This document shows positions 1 to 14,000 of a stretch of 64,000 bases of DNA, in pieces. The DNA lies in the NCBI RefSeq assembly GCF_902652985.1, contig NW_022979575.1, positions 1 through 64,000 on the forward strand. The letters are read 5' to 3'. The translations under genes and the position numbers were made by a program. The notes below the pieces were generated by a model, which worked only from the letters and a program-made list of their open reading frames with translations, did no database searches and was not told the origin of the DNA. This DNA comes from Pecten maximus. Its lineage: Eukaryota. The first letter of the stretch is position 1, and each line of letters begins with the position of its first letter.

Positions 1-426
1 TAATTTTTTTGGGTTCAAAATTTTTTCCGGTTTTTGATAAAACAGGTTTACAAAAACAATGGGTTTAAGGGGGAAGAACCTCCCGGGGAAAAAATAAGTA
101 GATAGGAAAATCAAACCTGCAGCCAGATTCCCTCCTTAAAAAAATGTGTGAAATATTAAATGTGGAGACAAATTATACATTTAAAATTCATATTGTGTTT
201 ATGATATTCCAGTTACGAGTGTTGTGGTTAAAGTGAAGCGTGAAAGTACTAATGATAAATATTCTTCTGTCATGAATATGTTCACTTCACTTGATAGTTG
301 AGGTACAATTGTGATTGTGGGCCACCCCTCGAAAAGGAAATGAACTGAGATGTTTTCTTCTTTTACTCAACAGCTAGTCTTCACTGGTGAGAATTATCAG
401 CTACCATGGATATACTGGACCTGTTT

Positions 427-640
427 GTGTCACCCTTGGAGCGGGAGTACTTGGACGAAGACATCCGTCCTGACTGATCGAGGACATGAGGTGTCCAGCG
501 TTGACATGTACTAGACCTGATTGTGTCACCCTTGGAGCCGGAGTACTTGGACGAAGACATCCGTCCTGACTGGATCAAGGGTATGAGATGTCCAGTGTTG
601 GCATGTACTGGATCTGATTGTGCCACCCCAGAAGTACATT
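427..640. repeat. ~96-bp tandem repeat, ~2.3 copies (mirrored at ~3750-3960)
   Basis: gtgtcacccttggagc..gagtacttggacgaagacatccgtcctgactg recurs at ~427 and ~523. Confidence 0.85.
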
Positions 641-1442
641 TGACATCCATCACTTACTTCTCTGGGCAATGTGTTTTCCGCTCGAACCGCCGAAATCAAC
701 TTACCCTTGGTAAGTGTCATCACAGTCAGAGGCACCATCTATCTGCAGAGGAAGGGAGTTTCCATAGTGTACGGTACAACACAAAATTCATAGACCCAAG
801 GGGTAAACTTATGCCCATATTAAGGGTTTCAGTATGGCCGTACTTAGGGAGGAGGCCAGTGTCTGTCGTCGAGTGGAATCAACTATGGGTGTACTCACCT
901 CGCGGACATTACTGTGGGACTGCGGAAAACCTATCAGCTGATGGAGTTTGATTTGTGTTAATGTATTTATTCTGTTTGTTGTGAAACTGATTCATGAACT
1001 TGTTTGTTTAGTATAATGATTTCAGTCCTTACTAAATGTATATTTATCTGAATGAATTCATGAATATAATTCTGGTGATTAATTTGATCAATATTATTAT
1101 ACAGTATGCATTAATATTTTTTATCATCATCTGTATTTTTGGCACATTATTGGATTGTGAAGCAAGTACCAACTGAGAATTTTTGTGTTCATTTTACTTT
1201 TAAGATTATATTGTATCTTTTAAAGAGTTACCAAACTGTTGCAGTTTAGTGATTGCTCTAATTTGCCAGAGTTTTTCCTATATAAAAGTTGTTTGGATTT
1301 ATCTTCAAACAATGAAAAATTGTTTTGTTATGGGAACCATATAATGTGTTGAAAATGTTTGGTGTTTATATTTGGATACAACTGTATGATTAGAATTTTG
1401 ACGGTTGGAATCAAATGAATTGTATATACATGTATATATATA

Positions 1443-2945
1443 CAGTGCATTCCGCTTAATCGGGTTGCCTATTTGCGGGGACTTTTTACCCGATTAACCG
1501 ACTTACCCGATAAGCCGAAATGCTTGTCGCCATCTTGGATTTGGTCCGTAATGGTAGTCAGACTTGGGTCGATTTAGGATGAAAATATTTGCGTTATTAT
1601 TGTTAATAAACGGTGTTTTTGTTTGTGCTTTTACTGATGTCAAATTTTCAGATTACTATTACTAATTGTATAAAAATGTTTGTATTAAAATAACAAAACC
1701 TTAATGATTTTCTTATTCGCGGCACAGTACAATCGTAGCACCTCAAATCGGGGGGTCATACATCCCTGTTTCATCCGTGTGTTCCTAATTTGACATACGA
1801 TCTAAGGACTCGCCGACAATTACATCTAAAATCATTTATGTTTATCATAGAGACATTCTTATGTTCGCTTTGAAGTTTAAAATATTCCATATTATTTCCA
1901 ATTACCAAAGCACAGAGATCGGAGAAACCCGAGTTTATTTAGGTCGTTTCCTGTGGTATAAATTTATACGAACTTGACACTGGCAGTCACTGATAAAACA
2001 ACACGAAATCCAATGTAATGTTTTTTATTAACCAGTTCTAATCCTAACATGAATAGGAATTATGAGCTAACGTCGGGCGTCTGTCCTTTTACTGCTCGCT
2101 ACTGATTTTTAACTCACCTGTGTATCGGTGTCGTCACATTTCCCCGTGGCGAACCCCTCACTTTGGATTCGCCACATACAGTAAGCGGTGATATCAATCG
2201 ATCTGTAGCAATATCAGACCCAGGTAAAAACCTATTGTTTTGGTTTTTGCTTCGAAGATTTTACATCCCAGACGTAAAAGTTTAATTGTCTAGTCGCTTA
2301 ATTATGCTTTTAAAACCCCATTACGTTTTGCCTGCTGCTGACTCTAAAAATAACATTTAATTTTACCCACAATTCTTAGTCGACTTCCTGTTGGGGAAAA
2401 ACCACACGAGGCAGAATCAACAACAACACAGTTCTGAACATGACAAAACCCCGACATAACATTACCGTTTAAGGTAATATTTAACTGTTTTTTGACATTT
2501 GAACCATCAAAATTACACTATTTGTTGATAAATGTCTAAAACTTAAAGAAATACGCGATGACTTTCGTGAAAATCGGAGCATTTCTATTTTTTGTCCCGA
2601 TTGTTCTATTCGAATAACCGAAAAATACGACTTTTCCAACCCAATTAAACGAATTTTTTTAACATGATTTAAGAGAAAATGGTTTTGGTTTTTGAAATTT
2701 TACCCAATTAAACGAAATACCCAATTAATATATAATCTGAAAATTTGACATCAGTAAAAGCACAAACAAAAACACCGTTTATTAACAATAATAACGCAAA
2801 TATTTTCATCCTAAATCGACCCAAGTCTGACTACCATTACGGACCAAATCCAAGATGGCGACAAGCATTTCGGCTTATCGGGTAAGTCGGTTAATCGGGT
2901 AAAAAGTCCCCGCAAATAGGCAACCCGATTAAGCGGAATGCACTG
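1443..2945. mobile_element. Tc1/mariner (pogo/Tigger-like) non-autonomous element at the centre of the inverted duplication
   Basis: TA|CAGTGCATTCCGCTTAATCGGG ... CCCGATTAAGCGGAATGCACTG|TA in a (TA)n site. Subterminal cccgattaaccga / cccaattaaacga motifs occur near both ends. No ORF. Confidence 0.7.
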
Positions 2946-5580
2946 TATATATATACATGTATATACAATTCATTTGATTCCAACCGTCAAAATTCTAATC
3001 ATACAGTTGTATCCAAATATAAACACCAAACATTTTCAACACATTATATGGTTCCCATAACAAAACAATTTTTCATTGTTTGAAGATAAATCCAAACAAC
3101 TTTTATATAGGAAAAACTCTGGCAAATTAGAGCAATCACTAAACTGCAACAGTTTGGTAACTCTTTAAAAGATACAATATAATCTTAAAAGTAAAATGAA
3201 CACAAAAATTCTCAGTTGGTACTTGCTTCACAATCCAATAATGTGCCAAAAATACAGATGATGATAAAAAAAATTAATGCATACTGTATAATAATATTGA
3301 TCAAATTAATCACCAGAATTATATTCATGAATTCATTCAGATAAATATACATTTAGTAAGGACTGAAATCATTATACTAAACAAACAAGTTCATGAATCA
3401 GTTTCACAACAAACAGAATAAATACATTAACACAAATCAAACTCCATCAGCTGATAGGTTTTCCGCAGTCCCACAGTAATGTCCGCGAGGTGAGTACACC
3501 CATAGTTGATTCCACTCGACGACAGACACTGGCCTCCTCCCTAAGTACGGCCATACTGAAACCCTTAATATGGGCATAAGTTTACCCCTTGGGTCTATGA
3601 ATTTTGTGTTGTACCGTACACTATGGAAACTCCCTTCCTCTGCAGATAGATGGTGCCTCTGAATGTGATGACACTTACCAAGGGTAAGTTGATTTCGGCA
3701 GTTCGAGCGGAAAACACATTGCCCAGAGAAGTAAGTGATGGATGTCAAATGTACTTCTGGGGTGGCACAATCAGATCCAGTACATGCCAACACTGGACAT
3801 CTCATACCCTTGATCCAGTCAGGACGGATGTCTTCGTCCAAGTACTCCAGCTCCAAGGGTGACACAATCAGGTCTAGTACATGTCAACGCTGGACACCTC
3901 ATGTCCTCGGTCTGTCAGGACGGATGTCTTCGTCCAAGTACTCCCGCTCCAAGGGTGACACAAACAGGTCCAGTATATCCATGGTAGCTGATAATTCTCA
4001 CCAGTGAAGACTAGCTGTTGAGTAAAAGAAGAAAACATCTCAGTTCATTTCCTTTTCGAGGGGTGGCCCACAATCACAATTGTACCTCAACTATCAAGTG
4101 AAGTGAACATATTCATGACAGAAGAATATTTATCATTAGTACTTTCACGCTTCACTTTAACCACAACACTCGTAACTGGAATATCATAAACACAATATGA
4201 ATTTTAAATGTATAATTTGTCTCCACATTTAATATTTCACACATTTTTTTAAGGAGGGAATCTGGCTGCAGGTTTGATTTTCCTATCTACTCTAGTTTAC
4301 CGAGGAGTTGTCTCCCTTAGATTGCTATGTACCTGGTTATCAATATCGAGCCAATCTGACTAATCACATTTACTCTCATTCTCAGTATCTAAATGCATCC
4401 AAGCCTGCGGTGTTTCACTATCTATCAAATCAAAGCTGCTAAAAATATTTACAGATTTATGTCTCTCATAAAACAACATCTCATGGAAACAGCAAGAATG
4501 GAATTCAATAGTGATTTTAGTAATTATTAAATTTGATTTCTTTCTATTGTAATATCATTATATGCCAATTTTCCTGTAAAATCAAATAACTGGTGTTCAG
4601 TCAAATTTCAGGTAGTAACAACCACATAAGTCCCAAAATGTTAAATTAAACTATTTCCAGAAATTCTGTCCCATCAAAATTTGATCAATACAGGACTCAA
4701 GATTCACATGTAGGTCCATCAGTAAGTTAATTTCATGCATACTGTATACATCGTATAAATGCACATTTTTTGCACACTGACATTTTAACAGACTGGAGTA
4801 AACAAACTATGACAATGTAATCATATCGAATCTTCAGTTGGCACAAAACTAATTTAGAGCATCATGGTAATATGCTCAATTTATCTCTTCATAAACAACC
4901 AGGCTCTTTTTGAGGTGGGCTCTCCTTGTAGTAGCTGGTGACTACCTCACTAAAACAACATATAGGAGACCTGTCCCATATCATCCAGAGCAATTCAGGT
5001 AAATTATAAAGGACACAACCATGACAGCACAGACCGGCCCAAGCTTTCCAAGAAACATAAACCTGACAGTGATACTGACGGAGCTATCATGGCCCCTTAA
5101 AGGAATAGAGATAATTTGGATTACAGACCACAGATGAAGACGAGTGAACAACCCTTCACCACCTGATGATGGGGCTCAGAAATAAGAAATACACACATTC
5201 CTTTCCCAGCGGGTGTGGTCTGCCTCGTATCTCATACCTCATCTGTTCAAGTTATAGGGGTGTTGCTCCTCGGTAAACTCATTAGTTACCACACCTGACA
5301 GAAATACAGCCGAATTCTCTGGGCACCAGAACCTGACAGGTTACCAATAAAGAAGTTTTATTTTTTTATTCTTACCGGTAATTCAAATATCTGGAATATT
5401 GTCATAAAAATGAAAATGATTATTATTATTAAAACCACACTGTATAACAATGAAGCAGGCATTAGCACTTTTCAAAATTGCTCCAAAAAACTTTCAAAAT
5501 GAAAATAAAGGATACTACTGTAAGTATAGGTTTAATTTGATTCAAATATTTTTAAACAGTTCTATAACTGACCTCTTACC

Positions 5581-5793
5581 AAACAAGAGGCACATGGGCC
5601 TCCCAACTATGTATCCCTAAAGTGGTTCATGACACACTGTCTTGGCCTCCCAACTATGTATCCCTAAAGTGGTTCATGACACACTGTCTTGGCCTCCCAA
5701 CTATGTATCCCTAAAGTGGTTCATGACACACTGTATTGGCCTCCCAACTATGTATCCCTAAAGTGGTTCATGACACACCACCTTGGCCTCCCA
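5581..5793. repeat. 52-bp tandem repeat (~4 copies) starting at a Helentron/HINE-type end hairpin
   Basis: aacaagaggcacatgggcctc is followed by repeats of ggcctcccaactatgtatccctaaagtggttcatgacacactgtctt. Confidence 0.8.
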
Positions 5794-6415
5794 TGTAAGT
5801 AACCTTAAAAGCTTCATTATCCATGTCATAGGTTATGCCCCAGTTACATATGGCAAAACACAAATGGGGCAAATTAAAAGAAAATAATGAAAAGGTACAT
5901 AAATGAGACAATGACTTCTCACCTGAAGATCTTTATCTTTTCAATTACATAATGTCATAACAAACTAATTCAGAGACAAAAATATTACCTTGATCTTTGA
6001 ACACTTGACCTATGGATCTGGTGACCTTGAAGCAATAATGTTAACGTCAAAATCTGTACAGACAGATGAGAGGATTTTTATTGTACAGTTAAAAGCCCAG
6101 AGATCTGAGACCCTGATTTTCTTGCCTTTGCGCAAATTAATGACACTGGAATGACAAAACAATTAGTCATTAATCTACAGATCTTTGGTTTACATAGATA
6201 ACATCTTGCCTACTGTATTGGATTTGATCCATTCAGTACTTCTCCAAATAAAGTGATAATGAGAATGCTGACAGGTTAACAAGGGCCCCCTCATATGACT
6301 ATTTATCTCCCATAATCATCAATCCTTGAGCTATGGAACCAATAATCAGACCAAGTGACTTTATCTTTGCCAATTGACTCCTTTTGAATTCTGACAAACT
6401 TCACGATGTCATAAC

Positions 6416-7218
6416 TAGTGCTGCAGCGGTAATCCGTGGTATGGTATATCGTGGTATAAATGGCACGGTTCGGTTCACAGTATTTTGATCTCGCAGCGCG
6501 GTAATTTGTATCGCTCCTTTAAATTTTATATATATATAGGAATTTTTCTTTCAGACGACCCTTAACCAGAGACAAAGACTTCTTAGGCATGTGTCGCCGT
6601 CGGAAAAATCATATCAGATAGGAAAAGAGCCCACCAGCGGCCTGTTATGTTATGTGAGTAGTATTAACATGTATTTGCAAGTCCTTTAAGATAGGCCTAA
6701 TGTTACTATCAGTATTATGTTTGAAATATTACATTTGAATACTGACGGACCAGTTTGTTCTCATAAACAAACAGGCCCAGATCAATCGGAAATCGAATAG
6801 AATTCTAATTGAAAACAAAATAATTCAAGATTTAAATTAGATGATTTAAGAAGAAAACAATTAAGAAAAAATGTAAAACATATATTAACCCAATGTGTCA
6901 AGTGTACTAATAGTATATAGGTCTCTGATAATAATAAACATGTCAAAGCTTCTAAGAGTATTTTATTTTAATTAAACTTTATTAACATTTTTTATAATTA
7001 CAGCTGTAATGTGATGGCTAAATTTGTACAAATACTAGTAACCTAATTAGTGAATTCGTGATAGTACCCCTGGATTTATGTTTGTATCCCTCCAATTTTC
7101 AGACAGGATAAAATAACTAATGGGGCACTCTGTAAATGTACCGTGATATGTACCGTACCGTGAGACAAGTATCGTGATACGTATCGTATCGTGAGGGAAG
7201 CGTATCGTTGCAGCACTA
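6416..7218. mobile_element. hAT-type MITE (803 bp)
   Basis: TIR TAGTGCTGCAGCG / CGTTGCAGCACTA. Perfect 8-bp TSD GTCATAAC at 6408-6415 and 7219-7226. Confidence 0.9.
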
Positions 7219-7295
7219 GTCATAACAAAATGTTCATAAGCGAAAATAAAGTTACAAAATTTGGCCTTGACCTTTGACCCAGTAACCTTGAAAGA

Positions 7296-7514
7296 TTTTT
7301 GTTTGTTTTTGTTTAACGTCCTATTAACAGCCAGGGTCATTTAAGGACGTGCCAGGTTTTGGAGGTGGAGGACAGCCAGAGTACCCGGAAAAAACCACCG
7401 GCCTACGGTCAGTACCTGGCAACTGCCCCACGTAGGTTTCAAACTCGCAACCCAGTGGTGGAGGGCTAGTGATAAAGTGTCGGGACACCTTAACCACTCG
7501 GCCACCGCAGCCCC
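7296..7514 (-). mobile_element. tRNA-derived SINE
   Basis: On the minus strand: GGGGCTGCGGTGGCCGAGTGGTTAAGG (A box), GAGTTTGAAACC (B box), a ggttttttccgggtactc core resembling the V-SINE type, and an A-rich (AAAC)n tail. Confidence 0.85.
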
Positions 7515-9209
7515 ACATTGTTATAACAAAATGTTTATCAGTGAAAAGGTAAAAAATTTGACCTTGACCTGGTGATTTGACTTAGCTATAACCATGCAAC
7601 CTTGATGCTTGGTCAACTTTGTTACATTGTTTTATTCTGACCCAAATTTGATTACAGGTGTATTGGTGTGCTCTTATATGCCATTTACATTATTTTTCAG
7701 GTAGTGAAATCTTCAAACTTTCATTTGATATAGATTTCACATCATTTGAACTTTAAATGAGCAATTGAGGGGATTGAGTCCTTGGTAATAACATATAGTG
7801 AAATAATTTGTGTGAGACCTTTATTAGAGACTGGACACATATTAGAACAAATACAAAATAGATTAGAAAGGCCACATATTCTATTTATCACAACAGTAAC
7901 CTTGATCTTGAAAACAAACCCATATTTCACATTTCTGTATCAATAAGTCTAAAAGCATGTGAAGTTTGAAAACATCTACCCTTACTGTTTTTGAGATGTG
8001 TCCTAGAATGGAATTGCTGACGGACTACTTATAATAAATTAGGATGACTCTCTATCAAGATACAAGATTGTATTAATCTAATCATGGTTCTGAACAGACT
8101 ATTGTTCATGTAAAAAAATGCTGCATGAAAAATAAATAAAGTCAAATTTCACCTGTCAAACTACATAAAACTACCATATGATACAGTGGATTATCTCCCT
8201 TACACAGTCAAGGGAAAGTCCACTGGTGAAGAATGAAGTGTCAGTAAAAACTAAACCTTACAGTATCTGTATGCTATGGTGTAGTTATCATACAGTTAGC
8301 AGGCTATTGTTTATACTTTGTGTGACTGTGTGGTTAACCAGCAGCTTTCTTCTCAGAATCCTCCTCCCCTTTCCTCAATTCTTTCTGATAACCTAAAGTA
8401 AAACAAGAAGGTACATATTAAATCTACCAACTTTTCTGTTTCTCATCACATTTATTTTTTTAACAGACATTCTCTGCAAGAGTTGCTTTAAAATGCTTTA
8501 AATGATAATAACCAATTACAATTTTTTTTTAAATTCAGCTACCAATTTATAACTTATAATCTGCTAAACTGTGTATTTCAAGCCCCTTTATGAGAAAGTC
8601 AAAAATTATTACAAATATATATGTACGTTGTACACTAAAATATATCTGGGAATTCTAAACAACAGGGCCATTGCCCTTAAACGTCATCTGACAATTGAAC
8701 CGTTATATATAGAGGATCTAACAGGAGTGTCTGTGTGATATGCGTTCCTTTGTGGGGTTACAGCTGCCTCATTTATATAATGTATGATTGCCCTCTCCCA
8801 ATGATGTTTTACACCTATTTGGTAGAAATCCACTCAGAGGTTTAGGAGCAGTAGGGTTTTAAAGCAAAATTACAATAAAGTTCCCCATTTGAGGCCCCAC
8901 CACTCAGGCCCCATGGGTCACACGTACCAGCCTCTTCTACAAAAAAATATGAACGCCCTTCCTCAATGATGCTTTACACCAAATTTGGTAGTAATCTGAT
9001 TTGGGGTTCAGGAAGAGTAGTGTTTTGAAAGTAAAAGTTTAACAGCGGCGGCTTTTAGTGATGTACTATGTATGTTAAAGTTTATAACTTTTAATAGTTG
9101 AGAAAAATACAAGTCCCATTAACATTTGTTTTTACACATGACGCACGGCATAAAAAGTACCCAAATACTTTTTATACACTTACCAAAACATATCCCCCCC
9201 CCCCCCCTT

Positions 9210-9313
9210 GACAGGAGTATCTCAACCCTCATGTAAGAGTTTGACTGGTCAGCACTCGGCAAGACTCGTGCTGACTGGCCAAACTCTTAAACTTGGGTTG
9301 ATAATATTCCTGT
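9210..9313. repeat. ~100-bp imperfect hairpin, probably a non-autonomous element
   Basis: gacaggagtatctcaaccc..aagagtttgactggtcagcac / gtgctgactggccaaactctt..gggttgataatattcctgtc. Confidence 0.6.
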
Positions 9314-9519
9314 CCACGGAACAGACCCATGTTAGATTCTATTAATCTTAACTTTATCATCTAAATTGTGTGAAGATATGATAAGAGGACACAGGGGGTG
9401 TCATTTACAATGTTTCTGACCCCACCCAACCAAATCCCCACCAAAGGGCCAAAACAATTTTTTTTATCCAACCTTCATATGCATATAAGATATCTCACAA
9501 CTCATGGTAGATGGAAAGA

Positions 9520-11040
9520 AACAAGAGGCCCAGAGGGCCTGTATCGCTCACCTGGTTTCATGAGATATGAAACAAAAATGATGCTTAAGTATATTTGTCG
9601 CTGGTATTGCTATGTCAATATATATCATAAGCATTTTATATGGGTACATGTACATTGGTTTTAGGGATGTTACCACACAAATGTGAGTGATATCCATTGC
9701 TTAATTTCAGAGAAGATCTTGTTTAGACCAATTGACTCCTTTTGACCCTGCCCTCTGCCCCCTGGGGGGTCATCTCCTTCCTTTATACAATTTTGAATCC
9801 CTACCCCAATAGGATGCTAATAGTCAAATATGAGCTGTTTCAGAGAAGTTGTTCATATCAATTTAGCCAAATTGACCCCTTTTGACCAAGCCCCTCAGCC
9901 TCCAGGGGGACTCGGCCCCATCATGTGTACAATTTTGAATCCTTAACCCAAGGGAATGCTACCAGTCACATATTAAAGATATCCATTGCTTAGTTTCAGA
10001 GAAAAAGTTGTTTATATCAATTCTGCCAAAATAACCCCTTTTGGCCCCGCTTCTTAGCTAGGTCCCCTGGGGTCAGCCCTGTCATATGTACAATTTTGAA
10101 TCCCTACCCTAGGGGTTGCTACCAGGCAAATATGAGCGATATCCATTGCTTAGTTTCCGAGAAGAAGTTGTTCATATCAATTTAGCCGAATTGACCCCTT
10201 TTGGTCCCGCCCCTCAGCCCCCAGGGAGGTAGACCCCACCATTTGTACAATTTTGAATCCCTACCCCAAAGGGATTCTCACAGTCAAAATTGAGCAATAT
10301 ATATTGCTTAGTTTCAGAGGAGAAGTTGTTCATATCAATTTAGCCAAATTGACCCCTCTTGGCCCCGCCCCTCAGGCCCCCCGGAGGTCAGCCACACCAT
10401 TTGTACAATTTTGAATCTCCATCCCATAGTGTTGCTACAAGGCAAATATGAGCCATATCCTTTGCTCGGTTTCAGAGAAGAAGTCAATTATATCAATATA
10501 GCCCAATTGACCACATTTGGCCCCATCCCTCAGGCCCCTAGGGAGTCAGCACCACCATTTGTACAATTTTGAATCCCCACCCCAAAGTGATGCTAACACG
10601 CAAATATGAGTGATATCCATTGCTCGGTTTCAGAGATGAAGTTGTTAATATCAATATATCTATATTGACCCAGTTTGGCCCCGTCCCTCAGGCCCCTAGG
10701 GGGTCAGCAACACCATTTGTACAATTTTGAATCCCCACCCCATAGTGATGCTTCCAGGCAAATAGGGGCAATATCCTTTGCACGGTTTCAGAGAAGTCGT
10801 TTATATCAATATAGCCAAATTGACCCCTTTTGGCCCCGCCCCTCAGGCCCCTGGGGAGTCAGCCCCATCATTTGTACAATTTTGAGTCCCCTACCCATAG
10901 GGATGCTTCTGACCAAATTTGGTCAAATTCTGATCAGTGGTTATGAAGAAGAAGTCAATTGTTGACGGACGGACGGACGACAGACGGCGGACACCACGGT
11001 ATGGCATAAGCTCACCTTGGTCCTTCAGACCAGGTGAGCT
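9520..11040 (-). mobile_element. Helentron-associated non-autonomous element (HINE/DINE-1-like) with a ~160-bp internal satellite (~8 copies)
   Basis: End hairpin aacaagaggcccagagggcct plus subTIR gctcacctgg at 9520-9555. The other end has a (GGAC)n microsatellite and agctcacc..caggtgagct. Tandem units run ~9680-10950. Confidence 0.85.
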
Positions 11041-14000
11041 AAAAAACTATGGTCCGGTATCAGCAGATGTGAAAGATCAAAATGTGGGTCAAGTGACCCC
11101 TACATTGGTACATGGAGTAAAGTGTAGGTGAACCCAAAGTATGAAGTTTCTGAGACAATTCAGTAGTGTAGGAGGTAGAGCCTGGACAAGATAAAATACA
11201 GAAGGCAGACTAAAGATGGACAAAATACAGCACTATAGATATCCATGATAATTGTCTTCTATCACAACTCATGATACAGCCAACTGTCTAACTTGATAAT
11301 GAAGACCTTAACTAATACTGTGACCCTGACCGTGACGTTAACACCTCAATCTGACCTTGGCCAAAAAAATCACTATGATCTTGACCTCTTGAGAATTGAG
11401 TAGTCTAGACACCTTATTTAAAGAACTTCAATTTACATATACAGATATTTATTGATGATTCCTCTATTCCCATGGCAAGCTTGTTAGACTTGTAACACAT
11501 AATAAATTAACAAACACCAAATTGAATTGAAATTAACAAACACCAAATTGAATTGAAATAAGGCCGTTTTATTAACGACGTAAGGATATCAATAATGTAT
11601 ATATACATTTTACATACATTGTTACATCAAGTCTAAGATGGGGATATGCAAAACGCCCATCAAAAATATGTTTACATACATTGTTACATAATATAAAGTC
11701 TAAGATGGGGATATGCAAAACGCCCCATGGATCTAGGTGGATTGAAGGGGAGGTGGTGGGAAAAGATATAGAGCTTCCAGCTAAACTATAATTAGTAATC
11801 ACGAATTATAAAAATTAACAAACGTGTACAGACCTTGTTCCTCCATATCTCAGCGGCCTCTGACCTCTGCGACCAGTGGCCCTGTACTTATATAGGAGCT
11901 ATAAATAGAAGCAGACTAACTCTGCATCCTTAGCCAATCACCTCACTTCAAATTCTAAAATGGTCAGCATCCATATGATGCACAAAAACTTGAAATAATT
12001 ACGAATGAAATAATCCATTATATAAATGACATGATAAAGTGGAACATATATAAATGACATTAAACAAAGTTTAATTTGTATTTATAAGGAGACACAAAGC
12101 ATGGCAATTATCCCTCCTGCCAAGCTGGTAAAATTTTACCTTTAATTCTCAAATTATTTTTACAATACTAACTTTAGAATAAGTGCCCAGTTAAATGAAC
12201 TGTAACTAAAATCTAGAATCATGTTTGAAATCAGTACCTGCTCTTGTTCCTTCCATTTGCGTATTCTTACTTTCTTACTCTCGTTTACGTCTAGATAAGT
12301 TTGGTACCATTTCGTCATGATTCGTGATCTCTTCCTACGTGTGGGTTCAGGTACAGCTATGAGACTTGCTTTAGGAAGACTGGTCGGCCCTGAAAAGTTC
12401 ATCTCATCTTTAGACTTATTCATCTTTAACAGTTTTGTTTTCTCGTTAAGATACAATATAACATCAGAGCATGTCTCTAGTTTGTACACAATTTCAATTC
12501 CAAAAAGAGAGAGAGAACATCCTGTTTATCTGAATGAAGTAAATTTTGAATTTGGTAAAGTGTTTTGTTTGGCATTAGAAAATATAACTTAGAGAAAAGC
12601 AATACACAAACCAATCATTATAATCACAGGTAACATTTAGTTATGGAAGAATCTTAATCAATTAAAGATCCAGTAGTAGTTGTTAATTGACAAATCAATA
12701 ATCTTAATCACAGAGTCAATTGTGGTAAAACTTATAACACTACAGGATATAGAACGGGCATTATATATTACTGGATGTTTTGTCCACATTCCTTTTGACT
12801 TGATTGAACAAATGAAGATTGGTGATTCAATGAATGTAATTTCTATTTTTATTGATGTAAAAAAGGAGATAAATTTTATATAAAATATCAATTAAGGATT
12901 TTTGTTTTGGCAGAGACCTATATACTAGGGATTCGCAACAAGCTCATTGGCTTACCAAACGTCACCGCCGAGCGGAAGTTCGGGTGATTTATCCCAGAGT
13001 GCATTGCTGCTCCTACTGTTTAGACGCCATATTGAAAGTACGCCTGAAACACGGTCAGCTTTATCACAGCTCATAGAAGACTATTGTCCGATAACCAATC
13101 ACGGGAATTAAACGTAAGTGTAATTTTTTTATGTAAACTGGTGTTTCAAACGTATTCCGTCGTACTTTATGTTCGGAAGACTGCACATGTGACCGTTCAA
13201 CTTCTTTTCATGGCGATTACCGTGCTGGTTAGCTTATGTCGGGCCGCTTAAGTCTGGTGTTAAGGACAGTGCTACATGGTTTCAGTTTAACTCCTTTTTT
13301 ATTTATTGACCAATTTCAAAATGGTTTTTAAATAAGTGTTGCTCGATAGTTACTGTATCGCGTTTAGTCAAATTTGTTGTGTAATTCATTGTGAACATTT
13401 AGTTATTGCCCAGTGAAAATAAGTAAACAAAACAAATGATGGTTATACTGTGAATGTCTGGTGTTAAGGACATGTACAGTGCTACATGGTTTCAGTTAAA
13501 CTCCTTTTTTATTTATTGACCAATTTCAAAATGGTTTTCAAATAAGTGTTGCTCGATAGTTACTGTATCGCGTTTAGTCAAATTTGTTGTGTAATTCATT
13601 GTGAATATTTAGTTATTGCCCGGTGAAAATTAGTAAACAAAACAAGAGAAAAAGATGGCTGGTATATATATATATACTATCGTCTATTTTGTTTTTAACT
13701 GGAAGGTGTATATAATTCAAACTATCCATTAACTATATTCAATTCAACTTTAATATCATATTTATGATTAGATTAGTGATTTGATAGCTATAATCTGTAG
13801 AATTTTATATAGTATAATCATGACTTCTGTTAACATTGATCTCATGAATAATAAAGCCATTTTTGAAAGAAATGCATTAATTGAAACTAATTGATAAAAG
13901 CATAAATCAGTCTAATGTAAATTAAATATTTTGTAAATTATTTAGTGTTTCAACACAGATATTTGATACAGAATTGCAGGGATTGATCGAGGAATGAGTG

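Larger units (their letters stand above)
97..4291. repeat. Large inverted duplication (arms ~97-1655 and ~2733-4291, ~1.08 kb spacer)
   Basis: The arms are reverse complements, e.g. agtagataggaaaatcaaacctgcagcc at 97 versus ggctgcaggtttgattttcctatctact ending ~4291. Mirror ORFs 523..951(+) and 3437..3865(-) differ at 3 residues. Confidence 0.95.

Noticed and set aside
381-4007. ORFs 381-951 and their mirrors 3437-4007 as genes
   Set aside because: They overlap in several frames, derive from a 96-bp repeat and the inverted duplication, and show no recognisable domain.
7440-7514. tRNA gene
   Set aside because: A and B boxes continue into a SINE core and tail, and there is no complete cloverleaf.
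12160-12891. Short ORFs adjacent to the P-like element, possibly continuing at 16999-17112
   Set aside because: Multiple stops and no motif I can identify. It needs BLASTX and cannot be supported from the sequence alone.
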